64,000 bases of DNA, from assembly GCA_964016885.1 (NCBI GenBank), contig OZ024740.1, forward strand, positions 422,468,001 through 422,532,000, written 5' to 3'. Both the position numbers and the translations under genes were made by a program. Within the stretch, counting starts at the first letter, position 1; each line of letters begins with the position of its first letter. Below are positions 1 to 12,085 of the stretch, in pieces. This DNA is from Eledone cirrhosa (lineage: Eukaryota). The notes below the pieces were generated by a model. It saw only the letters and a list, made by a program, of their open reading frames with translations. It was not told where the DNA came from and ran no database searches.

Positions 1-573
1 TGAGTACCGCCAAAGGTCTCGGTCCAGTGACATTGTCTTGGAGAGGTGTAAGTGTGTGAGGTCTGAGTTTATCAGCTCATCCCAGGTTTTTCTAGGTCTG
101 CCTATTCCGTGGCTACCGTCTATCTTCATTGCCCTGCACTTTGTTATACAGCTATCGACTTTCATGCGCATCACGTGTCCATACCAACGCAGCCTTCTCT
201 CGAGTAAACAACATCTGATCCCTCTTATCTCTAATTTTTTCCTTAGTTCGTTTATGCTTTGCCGTTCACGTATATTACTGTTACACATCCAGCGGAGCAT
301 GCAAGCTTCGTTCCTCTCTAGTCTGCGTATATCCTCTGCACACAATGCCCAGGTCTCACTACCATGCAACATTGCTGTTCGTATGCAGGCATCGTACAAC
401 CTGCCTTTCATTTTTAGGGAGAACCCTTTAGCAGCTAATAGTGGTATAAGCTCTCTGAACTTTTTCCAACCAGTTCTGACTCTAGCTACAGTACTTTCAG
501 AGCACCCTCCCCCACTGCTGATTTTATCGCCCAGGTAACGGAAGCTGTCCACTATTTCTATAGAACCCTCTGT
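1..573 (-). mobile_element. RTE-clade LINE family A, 5'-truncated fragment (RT C-terminal region; continues beyond window start)
   Basis: Near-identical reverse complement of 9615-10185 ([14 protein letters not shown]...RDLWRYS); 5' end joins the (TA)n array at ~572. Confidence 0.92.
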
Positions 574-596
574 ATATATATGTATATATATATATG

Positions 597-643
<47 letters not shown>

Positions 644-766
644 GTATATATATGTATGTATATATATATATGTATATATATGTATATATATGTATATATA
701 TATATGTATATATATGTATATATATATATATGTATATATATGTATATATATATATGTATATATATG

Positions 767-797
<31 letters not shown>

Positions 798-1156
798 GTA
801 TATATATGTATATATATATATGTATATATATATATGTATATATATATATGTATATATATGTATATATATATATGTATATATATGTATATATATATATATG
901 TATATATATGTATATATATATATATGTATATATATATATGTATATATATGTATATATATATATGTATATATATATATGTATATGTATATGTATGTATATA
1001 TGTATATGTATATATATATGTATATATATATATGTATGTATATGTATGTATATATATATATGTATATATATATGTATGTATATGTATGTATATATATATA
1101 TGTATATATATATGTATATATATATATGTATATATATATATGTATATATATATATG

Positions 1157-1187
<31 letters not shown>

Positions 1188-1488
1188 GTATATATATATG
1201 TATATATATATGTATATGTATATGTATATGTATATATATATGTATATGTATATGTATATGTATATATATATGTATATGTATATATATATGTATATATATA
1301 TGTATATATATATGTATATATATATGTATATATATATGTATATATATATGTATATGTATATATATATGTATATATATATGTATATGTATATATATATGTA
1401 TATATATATGTATATGTATATATATATGTATATATATATGTATATGTATATATATATGTATATATATATGTATATATATATGTATATA

Positions 1489-1565
<77 letters not shown>

Positions 1566-1654
1566 GTATATATGTATATATATATATATATGTATATATA
1601 TGTATATATATATGTATATATATGTATATATATATGTATATGTATATATATATG

Positions 1655-1692
<38 letters not shown>

Positions 1693-1720
1693 TGTATATA
1701 TGTATATGTATATATATATG

Positions 1721-1758
<38 letters not shown>

Positions 1759-1979
1759 TGTATATATATGTATGTATATATATATGTATATATATGTATG
1801 TATATATATATGTATATATATGTATGTATATATATATGTATATATATGTATGTGTATATATATGTATGTATATATATATGTATATATATGTATGTATATA
1901 TGTATGTATATATATATGTATATATATGTATGTATATATATATGTATATATATGTATGTATATATATATGTATATATAT
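572..1979. repeat. Interrupted (TA)n microsatellite array, G-interrupted on + strand
   Basis: About 1.4 kb of TATATATG/TATG units lying between two head-to-head RTE 5' ends. Confidence 0.97.
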
Positions 1980-3143
1980 GGCCGGTGCTCTGGTGCAATA
2001 AGTAGCAGCAAGTGCCCACAAAATACTAGCTCCTTCAACTGCGCAGAGGGTTCTATAGAAATAGTGGACAGCTTCCGTTACCTGGGTGACAAAATCAGCA
2101 GTGGGGGAGGGTGCTCTGAAAGTACAGTAGCTAGAGTCAGAACTGGTTGGAAAAAGTTCAGAGAGCTTATACCACTATTAGCTGCTAAAGGGTTCTCCCT
2201 AAAAATGAAAGGCAGGTTATACGATGCCTGCATACGAACAGCAATGTTGCATGGCAGTGAGACCTGGGCATTGTGTGCAGAGGATATACGCAGACTAGAG
2301 AGGAACGAAGCTTGCATGCTCCGCTGGATGTGCAATAGTAATATACGTGAACGGCAAAGCATAAACGAACTAAGGAAAAAATTAGAAATAAGAGGGATCA
2401 GATGTTGTTTACTCGAGAGAAGGCTACATTGGTACGGTCACGTGATGTGCATGAAAGACGACAGCTGTATAACAAAGTGCAGGGCAATAAAGATAGACGG
2501 TAGCCACGGAGTAGGCAGACCCAGAAAAACATGGCACGAGCTGATAAATTCCGACCTCACACGCTTACACCTCTCCAAGACAATGTCACTGGACCGAGAC
2601 CTTTGGCGGTACTCAGTAATAGAGAAGACCCGCCTTACCTAAATACAAAGTAAAAACCTACTATAGTCAGTAGGCATCTCTATCAAAACACCCCCCCCCC
2701 CCGTCCCACCACCTCCACACCGCCCCTTTCAATGTAAAGTTATGTTGGTCCCACAATATCCAGGCCGAAACAAATGAGATCGTGTAGGTGTCACGATCAA
2801 AAACACACAGTCCACGCTGTAAATGTGGCCTTGTAGGCAACACGGTAAAAACCTCCCAGCCCCACACTGTAAATGTGGTTGGTGTTAGGAAGGGCATCCA
2901 GCTGTAGAAAACCCGCCATACAGTCCACGCTGTAATGTGGCCGTGTAGGCAACACGGTAAAAACCTCCCAGCCCCACACTGTAAATGTGGTTGGTGTTAG
3001 GAAGGGCATCCAACTGTAGAAAACCCGCCAGACAGTCCTATGCGAGCAAGACAACCACTCTTGCCTCAAGTGGGAAAACCCCCGTCCAAACCCATGCAAG
3101 CGTGGAACACGGACGCTAAACCTGATGATGATGATGATGATGA
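1979..3143 (+). mobile_element. RTE-clade LINE family A, 5'-truncated copy with duplicated 3' UTR module and (GAT)n tail
   Basis: Encodes GRCSGAISS...FRYLG...MLHGSETW...RRLHWYGHV...GRPRKTW...EKTRLT* (stop 2642). A ~120-bp 3' UTR unit is present twice (~2808-3030). (GAT)n tail at 3123-3143. Confidence 0.93.
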
Positions 3144-3144
3144 T

Positions 3145-3383
3145 GTATTCCAATACAGCAAGGCCTAATGAATTCCCCTTGCAGTACGTACAATCTGGAC
3201 ACACTCCAGATACATATTTGTGCACAGGTATACAATTTCTGGACACACTCCGGATACATGTGTACAATTTGTACACGGGTATACAATTTCTGGACACACT
3301 CCAGATACATATTTGTGCACAGGTATTCCAATACGGCAAGGCCTAATGGATCCCCCTTGCAGTACGTACAATCAGGACACACT
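3145..3383. repeat. Complex local tandem repeat (A-B-B'-B-A arrangement)
   Basis: GTATTCCAATACRGCAAGGCCTAATG...GTACGTACAATCWGGACACACT at 3145 and 3323, flanking 44-51-bp units containing TCTGGACACACTCCRGATACAT. Confidence 0.8.
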
Positions 3384-3964
3384 CACACACACCTTGGTAT
3401 TATGCCAATACTATATATCATTTCACACCTTTTATTATTAAGGTTTTTGATGTTCTATTGAGAGAATCGATTTTACTGAAAATATCGAATAATGTACACC
3501 ATTTTAACAGAAATAAATACTGATCCACCCACACACACACACACACACATATATACACACACACACACATACATACATACACACGCGTACATTAACATAC
3601 AAAGAGACATACACACACACTTCTCCGTATAAGACAAGAGCAGAAAAAATATCTTTTAACGTGTTAAAATATCCCCCACACACTTACAGACAAAGAGACA
3701 TACACACACACACACTTCTCCGTATGAACGTCTCTATGAACCACCTAAGAGAACATTGGTCTACGACCTCTTTTATACCATAAACATGGTTCTGTCTTTG
3801 CGCGTAATTGTTTTTCACCGCTCCTATTAATGATGTATCTTATTCGCTTTTTCCCGTTCTTTGCCAGCGAACGTTTCCACGAACCAAAGTATCGTCTTCC
3901 TGTCTTCCTCCGGTTGCAATGTTTTTTGAAATATCCACTTCTGCGTTTACAGATTGACTTTGTT

Positions 3965-4015
3965 AGTTTCAGCAGATCCCGTTAAGGGTGAAAGCAGCGA
4001 TTCTTTGCTTAAACT
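3965..4015 (+). ncRNA. Type I hammerhead-like ribozyme motif in 5' pLTR (core CAGCAGA, probably defective)
   Basis: AGTTT-CAGCAGA-T-CCC gttaa GGG-T-GAA-AGCAG cgattct TTGCT-T-AAACT: stems I, II and III all pair. Confidence 0.6.
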
Positions 4016-4165
4016 TTAATCTGTTATTTTAATAAATATTTGCTCTACGGGTCTTATATATTTGATATTTATCCTTATCGAGCCCTCTTTGGATTTTAGT
4101 CTTCAAATTTATTATTATTACTATTTGGCTCCCTCGGTTGAGCACTCTACTGACTTATATTCATC

Positions 4166-6276
4166 ATGCAGAAACAACATCTGAATATTTCTACAAAGAA
4201 CATACCCGTACCAAGCAGGAAAACATACCAAAAGCTCCTGATACAGAAAACAGACGCGTTCATTAAAAGGTTGCGTTGGAGTGCCTTTTATTTCGATAAC
4301 CCGCGAAAAGCAGACAACAAACAGGATAAATTTGGATTTAAAACCTATAATAACCCCCCGCGCAACCCAGCATTGCTACCCTTCGAAAATGATGTCTTGG
4401 AACTCATTCGGAGTATCAAATTTCGGAATAGGAGCAATTCCTTCCAGCAAGACCTGAAGAATAGAATTCGTTCTATTAAGGATTCTAATGCCATGCACGT
4501 CCATTCCGACAAAACTGGCAACCTATATCAAGTGGAGCGCAGTACTTACCATCAACTACTACATAATGCTGTAACTAAGGATTACCGTAAAACTAATCGG
4601 TGCGTCATCAATGAAATCAACGATGCTGGGTTTAAAATCACATCTGATCTCAACATCCTGGACCGGACCGAACCTCTGGACCCTATTTCTCCCCACTTTA
4701 CCCTGAAGGATCACAAATCCAATTTTCCGAACAACCCCTCTATTCGGCTTATTAACCCTGCGAAGTTCGATTTAGGTAGACTTAGTAAAACGATTCTTGA
4801 TAGAATTATACCTGAAATTAGAAGTTTGGCCCCTCTTGCACTGTGGAACAATTCTTTCGCGGTGATTGATTGGTTCAACGGCATATGTAACAAGGAACAT
4901 TGCCGTTTTATCCAATTCGACATCAACAATTACTACTCCTCCATCACTTTACCACTTCTCCTTAGAGCTATCAATTTCGCTAAAACACTCACAGTGGTTA
5001 AGGATTTCGAAGTTGATGTCATCCTCAATGCCCGAAAGTCGGTGATTAATTTCGACGACTCTATTTAGATTAAAAAATCCAATAGTACCCCATTCGACGT
5101 GAGTATGGGCGCCAGTGATTCTGCATAGGTTACTGATCTTATCGGCCTTTTCCTTCTTTTCTCTATCAAGGACGAATTCCCCAACGCGGGCGGTGGTTTG
5201 TACTGTGACGATGGTCTTTTGACCATGACTAAGTGTGGACCTCGTGCTTGCGACAGGTTCAGAAAAGAACTCACAGCCTTCTTTAAAGGCTTCAACCTCT
5301 CTATACAGGTTGAGGCCAATCTCTCGGTCGTTAATTACCTTGACGTTACCCTCAATTTATTGAATGGGTTGTATTACCCATATAGAAAGCCGAATGATAC
5401 GCTTAATTACATAAGTAAGCATTCCAACCATCCTGCCAGCATAACCAAGAACCTGGTAAGAAACGTTTCATTGAGGCTTTCCCGTCTTTCCACCAACGAG
5501 CGTATTTTCAATGACCATTCCACTTATTACAATGAAGCTCTTGCTCGAAGTGGATTTGTCGATAAGGTAGCATATACAGAGTACGAAAATAGACCTAGAA
5601 GAAATAGATCCCGTCGCATTTGTTGGTATAACCCACCATATAATATGGAGGTGGCCACACCATTAGCTAAGATCTTTCTTTCCCTTATTACGAAGCATTT
5701 TCCCCCTACACATAAATATAGTAAAATTTTTAATAGAAATACTATTAAAATTTCTTACTCTACGACTCCTAACCTTGCACATAACTCACAGCTTCAAATT
5801 TAGCTAAACTACCTAGCCGTAGGAACACGTGCAACCCTGTAGTTAGCACTAACTGTATTTGTAGGAATCGGGTTGATTGCCTCTCTAGTAACATTGTCTA
5901 CAAATGTAAGGTTGTAACACCCACGTCCCGTAGGGCCTACATAGGGTTAACCGCCAATAGATTCAAGCAGCGTCTTTACACGCATACCCATTCTTTTCGT
6001 TACCCTCTTAGAAGGAATATGACATCACTTTCAGCTTATATCTGGAGTCTCAAAGACAACCACACCCAATATAAGTTACACTGGGATATCCTAGCTAGGG
6101 CTAGATCGTATAACGGAAATAAAAGACCATGTGACCTCTGCACCGCTGAGGCCCTGAAAATACTCTACGACACAGACCACATCTTAAACAAAAAATCTGA
6201 GGCAATTTCGGCTTGTAAACATAAATTGCACAAAACTTTCCTGTATTACAGCCCCACGTTATACCCTAACGGATAG
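4166..6276 (+). pseudogene. PLE reverse transcriptase-GIY-YIG endonuclease, disrupted
   Basis: STKNIPVPS...FIKRLRW, SDKTGNLY, FDINNYYSSI, FDVSMGA, YCDDG (YRDDG-like), NYLDVTLNL, WYNPPY, NIVYKC...AYIGLT...FKQR, CDLCTAE. In-frame TAGs at 5066 and ~5126, and a frameshift near 5780. Confidence 0.88.
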
Positions 6277-7234
6277 TACGATCTATACGTGGATATTTTA
6301 CGTCTTGATGTGGGAGCTAAGTATGTTTTGTTTATACCATTACTTATTTGCATAGGTAAGTATATATTACCCGTATGTTTCGTGAAGGTACGTATACCTT
6401 CTCGTACGTATATTTGATTGTTTATGTTATGGCGTATAATTTTTTTATTCTGGTACATATGGTTTAGCTATGTGTATACGGGAGTTTTGCGTCTGTGTGA
6501 GTATGCAGGTTCGTACGTATGTAGGGTGTGTGTATATGTGTACTTCATGTTTTGGTTGACTTACGTCTCCGAACATTCGTGTATTTACATGTAGTTATGT
6601 GTGTGCGCTTGTTATATACGTATTTATTTATTTATATACGTTTATATAATTATTTATTTATTTGTATACACGCATACACACACACACACACATATTTATA
6701 TGTGCGTGGCTTTGTATACCTATGGTAAGTGTTTTGCGTATGCTTGTGTATGTACGTATTTGTTTGCATGTATGTATTTATTTATTTCTATTACTTCTGT
6801 ATTTTATTTACTTTGTTCTTAACTCTGTAGCGGAGATTCATTCGGTCTCCTAGTTAGAATTTTAGATTCATTCGGTCTCCTAGTTAGAATTTTAGACTTC
6901 TGCTATACCATTTACGTGGTTTTGTCTTTGCGTGCTATTGTTCTCCACGCTCCACATATGACGTATTATCTTCGTTTTTTTCGTTCATTGCCAGAGAACG
7001 TCTCTATGCACCACCTAGAGAACATTGGTCTACGACCTCTTTTATACCATAAACGTGGTTCTGTCTTTGCGCGTAATTGTTTTTCACCGCTCCTATTAAT
7101 GACGTATTATATTCGTTTTTTTCCCGTTCTTTGCCAGGGAACGTTTCCACGAACCAAAGTATCGTCTTCCTGTCTTCCTCCGGTTGCAACGTTTTTTGAA
7201 ATATCCAATTCTGCGTTTACAGATTGACTTTGTT

Positions 7235-7285
7235 AGTTTCAGAAGATCCCGTTAAGGGTGAAAGCAGCGATTCTTTGCTTAAACT
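7235..7285 (+). ncRNA. Type I hammerhead-like ribozyme motif in 3' pLTR (variant core CAGAAGA)
   Basis: AGTTT-CAGAAGA-T-CCC gttaa GGG-T-GAA-AGCAG cgattct TTGCT-T-AAACT; predicted CUU cleavage after 7280. PLE pLTRs are known to carry hammerheads. Confidence 0.72.
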
Positions 7286-7311
7286 TTAATCTGTTATTTT
7301 AATAAATATAC

Positions 7312-7358
<47 letters not shown>

Positions 7359-7392
7359 CATATATATATGTATATATATGTATATATATATA

Positions 7393-7568
7393 TCATCATC
7401 ATCATCGTTTAACGTCCATGTTCCACGCTTGCATGAGTTTGGACGGGAGTTTTCCCACTTGGGGCAAGATTGGTTGTCATTGCTCGCATAGGACTGTCTG
7501 GCGGGTTTTCTACAGCTGGATGCCCTTCCTAACACCAACCACATTTGCAGTGTGGGCTGGGAGGTTTT
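7393..7568 (-). mobile_element. RTE family A 3'-terminal fragment
   Basis: (ATC)n tail at 7393 and 3' UTR core GGATGCCCTTCCTAACACCAACC; (TA)n on both sides. Confidence 0.88.
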
Positions 7569-7792
7569 ATATACATATATACATATATATATACATACAT
7601 ATATATATATACATACATATACATATATATATATACATACATATACATATATATATATACATACATATACATATATATATATACATACATATACATATAT
7701 ATATATACATACATATACATATATACATATACATATATACATACATATACATATATATATATATATACATACATATACATATATATATATAT

Positions 7793-10607
7793 CTACTCCA
7801 CGCTTCAATTTCGTACATAGTCCAAACATCCAATCTCGCAAAATCCGAAATCTGTATTTTTTGTTATTTATTTAGGTTTAAGTACGGTTGTTTTTGTCGT
7901 ATTGAACAGAACAAATCTTGCAGTTTTGCTTTTTGTTAATCGCTTGTTAAACATTCATAACCTTCCAGCTAACTACCCCACACCCCTCCCACCGCCCCCA
8001 CACACCACCATTCTTAATACGTGGACCAATCATAAGCCAGAGCCCCCCCCCACGCATCACCATTATTATTATAAGCCAGAGCCCCCCCCCCACGCATCAC
8101 CATTATTATTATTACGCGGACCAATCATAAGCCAGAGGCCTATACTATCGCTTGCCTGGTTGCATTCGATATATGATGGATGGATGGATGGATGGACGGA
8201 CTGCGGAATCCTGGAGAGTGGAAGGGAGAGAAAAATCTGGACGCTCAGAGCGAAAATGCCAAAGTTAAAGTCAAATTCACCTCGTGGACGAGAATGCGAG
8301 CACTCCTCTTTGTTTCGTCCGCGGATGGCTAACATAACCCCATCTCCCCCCGCCCCCCACCGCCAAACGCAATCCAAAACTTCAGAGTTGGTACCATAAA
8401 TGTAGGCACCCTAAAGGGTCGCGCTAACGAGGTTGTAGAAATGCTTGAACGTAAGGAGGTCGATGTTTGTTGTATTCAAGAGACCAGGTGGAGGGGTGGG
8501 TCTGCTAGATTCATTGAGGGTAAAAAACGATGTTATAAGCTTTTCTGGGTGGGAAACGACGATGGGCTGGGTGGAGTAGGAATCATGGTAGCAGAAAAGT
8601 GGGCAGATAAGATAATAGACGTAAATAGAGTGAACGACAGAATAATTAAAATACGAATAATTAAAATACGCCAGGAGGGAAGCTAGGAGAGAAGTGTACT
8701 TAGCAAGAAGGGAAGCTGAGGAAAGAAAGTTCAAGCATGTTCTACAACGCGATGACCAAAAACGTGAGGTGTTCAGGATTGCTAGGCAATGCGTCAAGGA
8801 AAACCGTGATATTGTCGGGGAGAAGTGTGTACTTAACGATGATGGCATACTTGCCATCACCGACACTGATAAGAAGGTAGCAGTTCGGGTTTGTGTCAGG
8901 CAAAAGAACCACAGACGCTCTTTTCATAGTACGACAACTACAGGAGAAGTACCTAGCTAAAGGTAAACCCCTCTACTTAGATTTTGTCGACTTGGAGAAA
9001 GCCTTCGACAGAGTCCCCCGCTCCATTATCTGGTGGGCTCTTAGAAAACTAGGCGTTGACGAATGGCTTGTGAGGGCTATACAAGCCATGTATAAAGAAA
9101 CAGTCAGCAAGGTTAGAATTAACAAGGAATATAGTGAAGAGTTTAGCGTAAAAGTTGGCGTCCATCAGGGCTCTGTTCTCAGCCCCCTACTATTTATTAT
9201 TGCCCTTCAGGCTATAACAGAGGAGTTCAAGACAGGCTGCCCATGGGAACTCCTATACGCAGACGACCTGACACTCATAGCGGAATCAATGGCCGAGCTA
9301 GAGAAGAAATTCCAAACATGGAAGCACGGCCTAGAGTCAAAAGGACTTAAAATTAACCTGGCTAAGACCAAAGTTCTAGTTTGTAGGAAAGAAAACAAGG
9401 CGGAGGTCCCTTCTGGGAAATGGTCGTGCTCGGTGTGTAGGAAAGGCGTAGGTAGAAACTCCATTTTATGTCCTAAATGCAAAGTATGGGTGCATAAAAG
9501 ATGTAGTGGGATCACAGGTAAGCTAACTAAGAACATAGATTTTACATGTGGCCGGTGTTCTGGTGCAATAAGTAGCAGCAAGTGCCCACAAAATACTAGC
9601 TCTTTCAATTGCGCAGAGGGTTCTATAGAAATAGTGGACAGCTTCCGTTACCTGGGCGATAAAATCAGCAGTGGGGGAGGGTGCTCTGAAAGTACTGTAG
9701 CTAGAGTCAGAACTGGTTGGAAAAAGTTCAGAGAGCTTATACCACTATTAGCTGCTAAAGGTTTCTCCCTAAAAATGAAAGGCAGGTTGTATGATGCCTG
9801 CATACGAACAGCAATGTTGCATGGCAGTGAGACCTGGGCATTGTGTGCAGAGGATATACGCAGACTAGAGAGGAACGAAGCTTGCATGCTCCGCTGGATG
9901 TGTAACAGTAATATACGTGAACGGCAAAGCAGAAACGAACTAAGGAAAAAATTAAAGATAAGAGGGATCAGATGTTGTTTACTCGAGAGAAGGCTACGTT
10001 GGTATGGACACGTGATGCGCATGAAAGTCGATAGCTGTATAACAAAGTGCAGGGCAATAAAGATAGACGGTAGTCACGGAATAGGCAGACCTAGAAAAAC
10101 CTGGGACGAGCTGATAAACTCCGACATCACACACTTACACCTCTCCAAGACAATGTCACTGGACCGAGACCTTTGGCGGTACTCAGTAACAGAGAAGACC
10201 CGCCTTACCTAAATATATAGTAAAACCTACTCCAGCCAGTAGGCATCTCTAACAAAATACACCCCGCCCCATCACCACCACCCCCACCCCATCCACACCA
10301 CCCCGTTCTATGTAAAGTTATGTTGGTGCCGCGCCATCCAGGCCGAAACAAATGAGATCGTGTAGGTGTCACGACAAAAAAACACACAGTCCACGCTGTA
10401 ATGTGGCCGTGTAGGCAACACGGTAAAAACCTCCCAGACCCACACTGTAAATGTGGTTGGTGTTAGGAAGGGCATCCAACTGTAGAAAACCTGCCAGACA
10501 GTCCTATGCGAGCAAGACAATCACTCTTGCCTCAAGTGGGACTACCCCCGTCCAAACCCATGCAAGCGTGGAACACGGACGTTAAACGTTGATGATGATG
10601 ATGATGA
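7793..10607 (+). mobile_element. RTE family A, near full-length copy with two internal deletions
   Basis: 5' UTR, then the APE start (GTINVGTLKGR, CIQETRW). Deletion junctions at ~8667 (after a 15-bp AATAATTAAAATACG duplication) and ~8880, relative to the 35150-39262 copy. RT region intact; (GAT)n tail 10589-10607. Confidence 0.92.
8893..10212 (+). CDS. RTE reverse transcriptase with embedded PHD-type zinc finger (partial ORF)
   Basis: [72 protein letters not shown]. Confidence 0.88.
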   Translation: MSGKRTTDALFIVRQLQEKYLAKGKPLYLDFVDLEKAFDRVPRSIIWWALRKLGVDEWLVRAIQAMYKETVSKVRINKEYSEEFSVKVGVHQGSVLSPLLFIIALQAITEEFKTGCPWELLYADDLTLIAESMAELEKKFQTWKHGLESKGLKINLAKTKVLVCRKENKAEVPSGKWSCSVCRKGVGRNSILCPKCKVWVHKRCSGITGKLTKNIDFTCGRCSGAISSSKCPQNTSSFNCAEGSIEIVDSFRYLGDKISSGGGCSESTVARVRTGWKKFRELIPLLAAKGFSLKMKGRLYDACIRTAMLHGSETWALCAEDIRRLERNEACMLRWMCNSNIRERQSRNELRKKLKIRGIRCCLLERRLRWYGHVMRMKVDSCITKCRAIKIDGSHGIGRPRKTWDELINSDITHLHLSKTMSLDRDLWRYSVTEKTRLT

Positions 10608-11143
10608 TACATACATATACATACATACATATACATATATATATATATACATACATATATATATATATACATACATATATATATATACATATACATACAT
10701 ATACATATATACATACATATACATATATATATATACATATACATATATACATACATATACATATATACATACATATACATATATACATACATATATACAT
10801 ACATATACATATATACATACATATACATATACATACATATATATATATACATACATATACATATATATATATACATACATACACATATATATATATACAT
10901 ACATACACATATATATATATACATACATACATATACATATATACACATATATATATATACATACATATACATATATACATACATATACATATATATATAT
11001 ACATACATATACATATATATATATACATACATATACATATATACATACATATACATATATATATATACATACATATACATATATATATATACATATATAT
11101 ATATACATACATATACATATATATATATACATACATATACATA

Positions 11144-11175
<32 letters not shown>

Positions 11176-11554
11176 CATACATATACATATATATATATAC
11201 ATACATATACATATATATATATACATACATATACATATATATATATATACATACATATACATATATATATATATACATACATATACATATATATATATAT
11301 ATACATACATATACATATATATATATATATACATACATACACATATATATATATATACATACATACACATATATATATATATACATACATATACATACAT
11401 ATACATATATATATATATACATACATACACATATATATATATATACATACATATACATACATATACATATATATATATATACATACATACACACATATAT
11501 ATATACATACATATACATATATATATATATACATACATATACATATATATATAT

Positions 11555-11585
<31 letters not shown>

Positions 11586-11652
11586 CATACATATATATAT
11601 ATACATACATATATATATATATATACATACATATATATATATATATACATAC

Positions 11653-11683
<31 letters not shown>

Positions 11684-11824
11684 CATACATATATATATAT
11701 ACATACATATATATATATACATACATATATATATATACATACATATATATATATACATACATATATATATATATACATACATATATATACATATATATAT
11801 ACATATATATACATATATATATAC

Positions 11825-11909
<85 letters not shown>

Positions 11910-12022
11910 CATATATACATATATATATATACATATATATATACATATATATATATACATATATACATATATATATACATACATAAATATATATATACAT
12001 ATATACATATATATATACATAC

Positions 12023-12075
<53 letters not shown>

Positions 12076-12085
12076 CATATATATA
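10607..12085. repeat. Interrupted (TA)n array, C-interrupted on + strand
   Basis: About 1.5 kb of ATAC/ATATAC units directly after an RTE (GAT)n tail. Confidence 0.97.

Larger units (their letters stand above)
3726..7309 (+). mobile_element. Penelope-like element, probably Naiad clade, flanked by ~314-bp direct pseudo-LTRs
   Basis: Direct repeats at 3726-4039 and 6996-7309 (offset 3270) flank an RT plus GIY-YIG coding region. The 3' copy ends at ...TTTTAATAAATA and runs into (TA)n. Clade inferred from recalled motifs: N-terminal KNIP, DKT instead of DKG, CxC linker, C-terminal CxLC. Confidence 0.88.

Noticed and set aside
4166-6276. Selenocysteine recoding in the Naiad-like PLE (I recall reports for some Naiads)
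   Set aside because: The in-frame stops seen are TAG at non-Cys positions, there is also a frameshift, and I could not identify a SECIS.
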